Source of the DNA: Bugula neritina
Lineage: Eukaryota; Animalia; Bryozoa
NCBI GenBank assembly: GCA_964035545.1
Contig: OZ037767.1
Location: forward strand, 31,450,628 to 31,514,627
DNA: 64,000 nt
Reading direction: 5' to 3'
Both the position numbers and the translations under genes were made by a program. The notes below the pieces were generated by a model that worked only from the letters and a program-made list of their open reading frames with translations, made no database searches and was not told the DNA's origin. The first letter of the stretch is position 1; each line of letters begins with the position of its first letter. This document shows positions 54,301 to 64,000 of the stretch, piece by piece.

Positions 54301-57300
54301 TACATAATATATCAGGGAATATACAGTATGTTAGAGATTATACAGTATATCAGGGAATATACAGTATGTTGAGATTATTTGAGGAATGCAGTATTAAACA
54401 GAATATGTGGAAAATAATATTTCTTTATACTTCAGGAGTTGTCTTTTCAAATAATACATTGGCTTGTCCATATTATTAGAACTTTTAATGTTTATTCAAG
54501 CTTTCTAGTGATACTGCACACTGCTAGCAAACTAGTGCACTGTGGGTAAACTAGTGCACTGTGGGTAAACTAATGTATTATGGGTAAACTAATGTATCAT
54601 GGGTAATCCTACAGGCTGGAGGCATCTACTGCTTTGCCAATCTGCTGGGTTGTGATGGGGAAAGAGTTTACTACGATGGTAATTCCTGTGTCTACCTCAA
54701 CGGGGAAGTCCTAGCTCAAGGGCCTCAGTTCTCCCTACAGGAAGTGGTTTGTACATCTTCTAGAATCATCTAGAGTTTCCTGGCTACTGATAGAGTAGAT
54801 ATTATATGCTGTATATTATATACCGACTGTGTAGGTTGTTATCGGAAGCCATGTTGACCTTGAGGACGTGAGGTCATACAGAAACCAAATCAAGTCCAGG
54901 TGTATGCAGGCCTCCCACCAGACTAAGTTTCCCCGTGTGAGTGTGGATTTCACACTTGGGCCTGAGGACCCCGCCGTGCCTGTGATGATGGAGGGGGCAG
55001 TTTGGGAGCTCCTCTTTCCTCAGCAAGAAATCAGGTTATCACTATGCCTAAAGCTGTGATGTGCTTACAGCCGTGATATGGTTACAGTTGTGATGTGCTT
55101 ACGGTTGTGATGTGCTTACAGTTGTGATATGCTTACAGCTGTGATGTGCTTACAGCTGTGATGTGCTTACAGCTGTGATGTGCTTACAGCCGTGATATAC
55201 TTACAGTTGTGGCCCTGCCATGTGGTTGTGGGACTACCTCAGAAGGAGTGGATGCAGTGGGTTCCTCTTACCCCTCAGTGGTGGAATAGACAGCTCCGCT
55301 ACTGCTTGTATAGTCTACTGCATGTGCTCTCACGTCTACAACGCTTGCCAGTCTAACGGTACGGGTTTCACTTCCTGTTGGGTTTCACTTCCTGTTACTA
55401 CTCGATAGTTGTGACTGGACAATCAGACTGTGCTATGTCTTCTATACGCGACACGTGGACAGCTTTCTATTAATTCACAAGTTCTATATGTGGACATGCT
55501 TCGGTCTAAGTAATTTAATTTAATTTTTAAGCTAATCTAATTAGTGGAAGATATAAGTATTTTCTGTAAAAGTTGTTTGGAGGGGGCAGGAGAGGGGGAG
55601 GGCAGGAGAGGGGGAGGGCAGGAGAGGGGGAGGGCAGAAGTTGTCCTCTTTAATGAATACCATATCTCTGACTTATCTATTAATATACAGCTCCTCCATT
55701 TGTCTAGTAATAAGAATATATATGATAATATATAGTTAAGGGGTTGCTTTATAGAGAGACTGTAATAACTTGATCATGTGTTTTATTTGACGTGTTTTTA
55801 TTGTATACCATATTATTATCCACTATCTTATATACCTGATATGATACGTGCTCTGATGAGAGTATATCACTATTCACTTATATACCTAAAGTATCTGTAC
55901 AAGCAGCATGTTGATTCAGCTCTATGATTACCTTTCAGTTGAGATTGTACTGAGCGACCTGAGGAGAATTGTGGGAGATGATAAGTTTACGCCGTCCAGT
56001 CCCGCCCAGATTTGCCAGCTGCTGTTCACCACAGTCTACATGTCCTCCAAGAACAGCTCCCAGCACACCAGGGACTTGGCCGGGGAACTGGCGGCTCAGA
56101 TTGGCAGGTATAGCCTGGGTAGTACCTCGCAGGTACCACCTCGCAGGTACTACCTCGCAGGTACTACCTTGCAGGTTATACATGCGAGGTAGTACGTCAC
56201 AAGTGCAATATAGTTTCCATAGTCTGGACTTCTGGTCTCAACTGCCGTGGTTCGCCGGCTCTCCTGTATTGACAGGTTTCACAAAGTGTAGTATTGAAAG
56301 ACTAAATAGATAAGTTTTGTGATATAGGAAGGCATAGCTGTATGCCTGGGCAGTTGTAGCTCGTGTTTCTTTGTTGTGTAGATGTCAGGGAAACCTGCAG
56401 GTGTTAGAAGAGGTTTAGAGGGTTAAGTTACTCGTAGAGCTGTGATGTTGATATTATGTCTGTAGCTACCATCTTCAGCTGTCCATAGATGCTGCCGTTA
56501 GCGCTGTCATAGCCATATTTCAAACCGTCACTAAACTCACTCCCAAGTTTAGAGCACACGGAGGTACCCAGAGGGAAAACATAGCCTTGCAGAACGTCCA
56601 GGTTTGTTGTTTGTGTCTCTACAGTCTACAGAATGAGCATATGACAGCATATGACAGTATATAGCATGTGACAGCATATAGCATATAGCATATGACAGTG
56701 TCACAAATTCTGAGTGTACATATACCTATAGACTTACCGGGTTTTTCCTAATGATTATACAGGAATGTTCATAAATATTCTAGACTGATCAAAGAGATGG
56801 GTCATTGTTCATTGTTATTGTTTTCATTAGTCATGTTAACTACTGCCCAGCAATGTAAACAAGGTGTTGCGCAATAATTGCGAAATAACCATGGAAATTC
56901 CAATGTTTTGTTTTGTTTTGATTTTCTATAAATAGTATTGGCATGTGGGGAATGTTTTCTACTAGAATCTTCTTTACTGGAATGCTTGAGAATGTTCTAG
57001 AGTGTTTTGTTTACTAGAAATACTGAGGCAGTTGTTTTTACAGTTCAGTTCCTTTTTATGAGTTCATTCTCACAGTTCATTTTTATAAATTCATCTGTGC
57101 ATATCTTACTAGAGAAATAAAGTCTACTTATTCACAACTCTATTTACTCACAACTGGATTAGCAAGCTGTATGCTACTTGTCTATACACTTCTGACTACC
57201 AGACTTTTCGAACTCGTCACACTGCTACCAACAGTTTTGTGACAGACAGCATATAGCAGCATATAGTATATGACAGCATATAGCATATGACAGCATATAG

Positions 57301-60300
57301 CATATGACAGCATATAGCATATGACAGCATATAGCATATAACAGCATATAGCATATGACAGCATATAGCATATGGCAGCATATAGCATATGGCAGCATAT
57401 AGCATATGACAGCATATAGCATATGACAGCATATAGCAGCATATAGCAGCATATAGCGTATGGCAGCATTGATGCCGTTAAACTTCTATGTCCTCATTTC
57501 TAGTGCTATTGTAGGCGAGGGTTAGGATGGTAGTAGCCTATCTCTTCTCTCAGCTAACTCTTTGGTCTAGGGGTAGGCCGGGTGGATGTCTCGTACTCGG
57601 CTCTGCTAACGTTGATGAGAGGTACTTTACAATAACACTATACAGTTCTTCTATAACCATGCTCAAGCTGATTCTAAATCAACTTTATTTGTTGCGTACT
57701 TTTCCACTGCAAAATAAATTGTGCGAGAGTGAAACAGGACAGAAGTGCAACTGGTAGCTGAATCACTATTTGAGGTCTTCGGTTACCTCCAGATATCTCT
57801 ATACCTGCCATGTTCCCAGTCATAGACTAGGTTACAGTTACTATATTATATTGAGTCATAAAATATACTAATACCGGGAGTTGTCTGTCACAAGTATATA
57901 ATAGAGGTGGTGGAATGTAAATAGAATGATTTATGATGTGTCTGTAGTCTGCGAGGTTACATGACGAAGTACGACTGCTCCAGTGCAGACTTGAATCCTA
58001 TTGGTGGAATCAGCAAGACTGACCTTCGCTCCTTTATACAGTACTGCCAAGTAGAGTATAACCTACCTGTGCTTTCAAAGTAAGTATACTATATTACAGG
58101 CTATTACATGCTATAATATGTGTGTTTATTATGCTATTTTATTTCTATACAGGATATTACATGCTATATGTGTGTGGTTATTATGCTATATAATTTCTAT
58201 ACAGGATATTACATGCTATGTGTGGTTATTATGCTATATCATTTCTATACAGGATATTACAGGCTATGTGTGTGGTTATTATGCTATATAATTTCTATAC
58301 AGGATACTACAGGCTATGTGTATGGTTATTATGCTATATAATTTCTATACAGGATATTGGAAAGTCCACCCACTGCTGAATTGGAACCTCTAGCTGAGAA
58401 CGGAGTCATAGCCCAGACAGATGAGGTGCATATATAGAAATATATTACTACAGTACTAGTTGTACTAGTTGTAGTAGTGGTACTAGTTGTACTAGTTATA
58501 CTAGCACCTTGATGGTGAACATTAGCTACATGTATACAGATTGCATAAGCTAGAGCATAGAGATTGTATATAGGCAAGCTTTAGATTGTATAAGCCATGT
58601 GCAAACCATCTGCACGGAAATGCAACTCTAATATGTCATCAGGTAGACATGGGAATGACTTACAATGAGCTGTCAGTGTATGGCAAGCTGCGCAAGGTGT
58701 TTCTGTGTGGTCCATACAGTATGTACTGTAAGCTAGTTGAGAAGTGGAAAGACTCTCTATCTCCTATTGAAGTGAGTAATGTTATATATCATATAATATT
58801 ACATATCATATAATATTACATATCATATAATATTGCGATTACTAGATGTGTATGTTTTATTATAATAATATATAATTTTTATACAGTTACCAAAATAAGT
58901 GAAAAGAATTGCTATATACTATAATACAGAAATTAGTATAATAGTCTAATATGACAGTATCTGGTCACTGGAAGTATAACTAACAGCTTGAAAGTAATAA
59001 GACAATGTGAGTGCTCAAATAATTCTTCCTGTGGAAACACCAGAATATCTTCCTTATTACAATACTAATATATTACATAATATAATATATTCCACGAGAA
59101 TATATTACATACTATATATTTTACATAATAATTATATACTATCTTACATGATAATAACATCATATTGATTTTGAAGTATGTATAACATGTATAACAATGC
59201 CATGCATCAACACTATTCATAATGATTTAGGGTTTGTCTCCCCATACATTTTATTACTATTTCTTTTATAAAATCAATCTAAAATCATTATTAGTTTCAA
59301 CATTCATTTTAAATACATTTCAATTTTATACAATATATTTATAAGTATCTTTTCAAGTGACTTTTTATTGGAGAAAAATTATTTTTTGCTCAAAATTAAA
59401 AGAATGCAATTGTTAGTTTTGTATACGCTGACAAATAAACTAGTCTCGGGCAAACCGCGTTGTAAGGCAGAGTGTGTTTGTTGACGCACGATAACCATCA
59501 TACGTTTTAACTAGATTAACTTCTGTTGCTAAAAGGTAAATATCAAAGTTGTTAACTCAACTTTTCATGCAACTGAGGTTATCCAGTCTAATCGTACTTA
59601 GTGTCGCAAGACGCTCCCATGGCCTACGGTCCAGATAGTGGTAATCACTACTGGTACTGTCATAGTTAATAAACCAAAATAAATCTCCAGTAATCACAAT
59701 ACTCATGCGCACGTATGGTGGTACTTATTGCAAGTGCCAACTATTGGCAACTTCGCCATCGCAGTAGGTCGATACTACTATGGGTGTTTCGTGAATTTGG
59801 ATGCAGCAATTCTGTTGCCAGGAACTCAAGTTGATTGATCTCCATTTGATATTCCTCTTAGCAACATCTTTACGTTTGAGAATGCAATCGTTAGACACCG
59901 TTTTGTATACGCTGACAAATGAACTAGTCTCGGGCAAACCGCGATCCTAGGCAGAGTGTGTTTTGATTGACGCACGAATACTATTACACGATTTAACTAG
60001 ACTAACTTCTGTTGCTAAAAGGTAAATATCAAAGTTGTTAACTCAACTTTCATTGCAACTGAGGTTATCCAGTCTAATCGTACTTAGTGTCGCAAGACGC
60101 TCCCTTGGCCCACGGTCTAGATAGTGGTAATCACTACTGGTACTGTCATATAACTTAAAAATAAAGATTCTGCAAGGCGTTTAAATGGAAGCAAGTGCTC
60201 TGTCGGAAATATTGGATAACTAAATATACATTCTGATTATGCTCATTATTGGAATTCTACTGGTTTCTAGTAGCACTTACGCAAAAATTTCTCTGCAGGA

Positions 60301-61177
60301 ATATCTTAACAAACGTGATTCTTTCTGCAGATTATATTTTTTGCTAAAAGAAGTTAATTTTGGAAGACTGTTTCTTTGTTGACTCCAGAAAATACTTTTC
60401 CAGTGCAATAAATCTCAACTCATGCTTAGTTTTGAGATATTTTGGTAGTCTTTTCACTCCAATTAGTTTTACATTTTGCTTTGATTTACGCAAAACGCTC
60501 CCTTGGCCTACGGTCCAGATAGTGGTAATCACTACTGGTACTGTCGTATAACTTTAACCAATACAGCCGATAAATTGTTGTGTGCGTAATTGGTGTTCGT
60601 GTGTGCAACTTTGCTACGGTTTGGCTTTTCTAATACTTTTAGCAACCATATTGGACATTGTTGTGTTGGTATTTTATTTCTTTGTGATCCCTAGTACTCG
60701 AGAAGCTTGTTCTCCTTCTTTCCGCAATTTTTTTTAATATACTGGTTACTTGGTTTAATTAGATTCTGCAGAATGGATTTTGTAAGTAACAATAATATCT
60801 GGTATACTGTTTGGTAGGTTGCAGGAAAAGTGAAACATTTCTTCAGGAGCTATGCTCTCAACAGACATAAGATGACAACTCTAACACCATCGTACCATGC
60901 TGAGTTATACAGTCCGGACGACAATCGATTTGATCAGAGACAGTTTCTCTACAATGTCAACTGGCCGTGGCAATTCAATAGAATAAATGCAGTTGTATGT
61001 ATATATTAGTTATATGTGTTAGTATGTGTGTTAGTTGTATGTGTTAGTATATGTATTGGTTATATGTGTCTATGTATTTTAGTTGTATTATCATATTTAA
61101 TTCAGGCTCAACAGTTACAAGTCCAATCCAGCTCGGGAGCAAATGATCAGCCCCCTTGCAAGAAGGAGAAGAACTAA
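51312..61177 (+). CDS. NADSYN1: Glutamine-dependent NAD(+) synthetase; 16 coding exons, ~714 aa
   Basis: Exons: 51312-51396, 51711-51771, 53088-53204, 53441-53725, 54036-54153, 54615-54746, 54835-55034, 55207-55358, 55939-56107, 56466-56601, 57515-57621, 57948-58079, 58353-58425, 58643-58771, 60818-60994, 61106-61177. All are GT-AG and phase-consistent. Motifs: [17 protein letters not shown] (catalytic Glu), IRPK (catalytic Lys), EICEELW (catalytic Cys), LSGGIDS (PP-loop), [48 protein letters not shown]. Confidence 0.97.
52265..53094. repeat. 34-bp minisatellite, ~24 copies, whose last unit overlaps the NADSYN1 exon 3 acceptor
   Basis: Unit TTTCTAGTGTATACTCTGTAACATAAGTTGTATA. Confidence 0.95.
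54185..54375. repeat. 18-bp minisatellite
   Basis: Unit GGGAATATACAGTATATC(A), ~10 copies. Confidence 0.9.
55052..55210. repeat. 17-bp minisatellite, ~9 copies, filling NADSYN1 intron 7
   Basis: Unit GTGATGTGCTTACAGCT. Confidence 0.92.
57245..57468. repeat. GCATATA/GCATATGACA compound repeat (related copy at 56636-56700)
   Basis: Directly visible; it produces the YAICCHML spurious ORFs. Confidence 0.9.
58095..58358. repeat. ~50-bp minisatellite, ~5 copies, filling NADSYN1 intron 12
   Basis: ATTTCTATACAGGATA recurs at 58141, 58193, 58241, 58291 and 58341. Confidence 0.92.
59226..59664 (-). mobile_element. Dispersed element 'A', copy 3 (NADSYN1 intron 14)
   Basis: Reverse complement of copies 1 and 2, including the distal motif TTTAGGGTTTGTCTCCCCATACAT at 59226-59249. 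Confidence 0.8.
59665..59875 (-). mobile_element. Second copy of the RTE-LINE 3' fragment
   Basis: Reverse complement of ~10979-11196. Encodes [20 protein letters not shown] (ORF 59725-59937). Confidence 0.75.
59885..60150 (-). mobile_element. Dispersed element 'A', copy 4 (core only)
   Basis: Reverse complement of the A core, ending GGTACTGTCATA at 60150. Confidence 0.8.
60489..60548 (-). mobile_element. Dispersed element 'A', copy 5 (terminal ~60 bp only)
   Basis: ACGCTCCCTTGGCCTACGGTCCAGATAGTGGTAATCACTACTGGTACTGTCGTA matches the hairpin-bearing terminus. Confidence 0.75.
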
Positions 61178-61726
61178 GGCTAACCCCTCTGCAAACTCCA
61201 CAACCCTCTCACAAACCTTCTAACCAGCTGGCTAGCACCAGCTGATGTATTTATTTATAGTTTCCTCACAGATTTTGACATTCCAAATGAACATTTAGAA
61301 TGTCTTGTAAGTGCCAATCTGTATTTATTAGCTTTTTTGACAATTTATATTTTAATAACTTCAAAATTATTAAGTCGATTTGTAATGTTGTAGCTATGCT
61401 TTCCATGTTAACTTGTATTGGAATTTAGATAAATTTATTGTACTTTTGTATTCTAAATTTCTATTGTTGAATAATAATTTATGTTTAGATTGTGTAAAGA
61501 ATAATAAGCTATTCATATGCTTATCTTATTCTCAGTTAAATTAATCATACTGTAAGACCTAAAATATACTTTATTTATGTTTGGTAAAAAAAATCTTTAT
61601 ATTTTCATAAAAATATATAAACAATAATTGTGCTTCGTATAAGTTGAAATTATAAAAATTGTCATCATGAGTAAAAAATGTATAACAAAAATGTTGCATA
61701 TTAAATGCAGTGTGTTATGTATATGT

Positions 61727-63965
61727 GAGAGCTACAGTAGGGTATATAGAGCTACAATAGGGTACATAGAGCTACAGTAGGGTATATAGAGCTACAGTAG
61801 GGTACATAGAGCTACAGTAGGGTACATAGAGCTACAGTAGGGTACATAGAGCTACAGTAGGGTACATAGAGCTACAATAGGGTACATAGAGCTACAATAG
61901 GGTACATAGAGCTACAATAGGGTACATAGAGCTACAATAGGGTACATAGAGCTACAGTAGGGTACATAGAGCTACAGTAGGGTACATAGAGCTACAATAG
62001 GGTACATAGAGCTACAGTAGGGTACATAGAGCTACAGTAGGGTACATAGAGCTACAGTAGGGTACATAGAGCTACAGTAGGGTACATAGAGCTACAGTAG
62101 GGTACATAGAGCTACAGTAGGGTACATAGAGCTACAGTAGGGTACATAGAGCTACAGTAGGGTACATAGAGCTACAGTAGGGTACATAGAGCTACAGTAG
62201 GGTACATAGAGCTACAGTAGGGTACATAGGGCTACAGTAGGGTACATAGAGCTACAGTAGGGTACATAGAGCTACAGTAGGGTACATAGAGCTACAGTAG
62301 GGTACATAGAGCTACAGTAGGGTACATAGAGCTACAGTAGGGTACATAGAGCTACAGTAGGGTACATAGAGCTACAGTAGGGTATATAGAGCTACAGTAG
62401 GGTACATAGAGCTACAGTAGGGTACATAGAGCTACAGTAGGGTACATAGAGCTACAGTAGGGTACATAGAGCTATAGTAGGGTACATAGAGCTACAGTAG
62501 GGTACATAGAGCTACAGTAGGGTACATAGAGCTACAGTAGGGTACATAGAGCTACAGTAGGGTACATAGAGCTACAGTAGGGTACATAGAGCTACAGTAG
62601 GGTACATAGAGCTACAGTAGGGTACATAGAGCTACAGTAGGGTACATAGAGCTACAATAGGGTACATAGAGCTAGAGTAGGGTACATAGAGCTACAGTAG
62701 GGTACATAGAGCTAGAGTAGGGTACATAGAGCTACAGTAGGGTACATAGAGCTACAGTAGGGTATACAGAGCTACAGTAGGGTACATAGAGCTAGAGTAG
62801 GGTACATAGAGCTACAGTAGGGTACATAGAGCTACAGTAGGGTACATAGAGCTAGAGTAGGGTACATAGAGCTACAGTAGGGTACATAGAGCTACAGTAG
62901 GGTACATAGAGCTACAGTAGGGTACATAGAGCTACAGTAGGGTACATAGAGCTACAGTAGGGTATACAGAGCTACAGTAGGGTACATAGAGCTAGAGTAG
63001 GGTACATAGAGCTACAGTAGGGTACATAGAGCTACAGTAGGGTACATAGAGCTAGAGTAGGGTACATAGAGCTACAGTAGGGTACATAGAGCTACAGTAG
63101 GGTACATAGAGCTACAGTAGGGTACATAGAGCTACAGTAGGGTACATAGAGCTACAGTAGGGTACATAGAGCTACAGTAGGGTACATAGAGCTACAGTAG
63201 GGTACATAGAGCTACAGTAGGGTACATAGAGCTACAGTAGGGTACATAGAGCTACAATAGGGTACATAGAGCTAGAGTAGGGTACATAGAGCTACAGTAG
63301 GGTACATAGAGCTACAGTAGGGTACATAGAGCTACAGTAGGGTACATAGAGCTACAGTAGGGTACATAGAGCTACAGTAGGGTACATAGAGCTACAGTAG
63401 GGTACATAGAGCTACAGTAGGGTACATAGAGCTACAGTAGGGTACATAGAGCTACAGTAGGGTACATAGAGCTACAGTAGGGTACATAGAGCTACAGTAG
63501 GGTACATAGAGCTACAGTAGGGTACATAGAGCTACAGTAGGGTACATAGAGCTACAGTAGGGTACATAGAGCTACAGTAGGGTACATAGAGCTATAGTAG
63601 GGTACATAGAGCTACAGTAGGGTACATAGAGCTACAGTAGGGTACATAGAGCTACAGTAGGGTACATAGAGCTACAGTAGGGTACATAGAGCTACAGTAG
63701 GGTACATAGAGCTACAGTAGGGTACATAGAGCTACAGTAGGGTACATAGAGCTACAGTAGGGTACATAGAGCTACAGTAGGGTACATAGAGCTACAGTAG
63801 GGTACATAGAGCTACAGTAGGGTACATAGAGCTACAGTAGGGTACATAGAGCTACAGTAGGGTACATAGACCTATAGTAGGGTACATAGAGCTACAGTAG
63901 GGTACATAGAGCTACAGTAGGGTACATAGACCTATAGTAGGGTACATAGAGCTACAGTAGGGTAC
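61727..63965. repeat. 20-bp satellite, ~112 copies
   Basis: Unit GAGCTACAGTAGGGTACATA with rare variants (CAATAG, TAGAGT, TATA, GACCTATA). Confidence 0.98.
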
Positions 63966-64000
63966 AGGTCCCTTCCTCCAGTGGATCCTGACCCTCATCA

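Noticed and set aside
57182-57469. Three overlapping Cys/Tyr-rich ORFs
   Set aside because: They arise from the GCATATA/GCATATGACA repeat in NADSYN1 intron 10.
59700-60150. A plus RTE tail as a bipartite SINE
   Set aside because: There are no Pol III A/B boxes in A, and the left cluster has a longer RTE fragment not directly joined to an upstream A.

Overview
This is AT-rich eukaryotic (invertebrate metazoan-type) genomic DNA with GT-AG introns; the taxon cannot be fixed from the sequence. Three multi-exon genes can be reconstructed by hand with consistent splice phases. (1) A two-exon Frizzled, closest to the Fz4 type (+, 14124-18172, ~601 aa). (2) A 15-coding-exon Nance-Horan-syndrome/GUK-holder family actin regulator (-, 49738-27138, ~1315 aa), convergent with the Frizzled. 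(3) A 16-exon glutamine-dependent NAD+ synthetase, NADSYN1 (+, 51312-61177, ~714 aa), head-to-head with the NHS-like gene. There may be a fragment of a fourth gene at the left edge. Non-coding content includes a ~205-bp MITE, five copies of an unclassified ~280-bp dispersed element (twice fused to the same decayed RTE-LINE 3' end), many intronic minisatellites and a ~2.2-kb 20-bp satellite at the right end. The most unusual pattern is that several intronic tandem repeats are made of the splice signals themselves (acceptors, donors, branch points), giving arrays of decoy splice sites. Also notable are a Trp-to-Cys change in the Frizzled KTxxxW motif and phase-compatible alternative first exons and a microexon in the NHS-like gene. 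No prokaryotic systems, rRNA, tRNA or CRISPR arrays were recognised.
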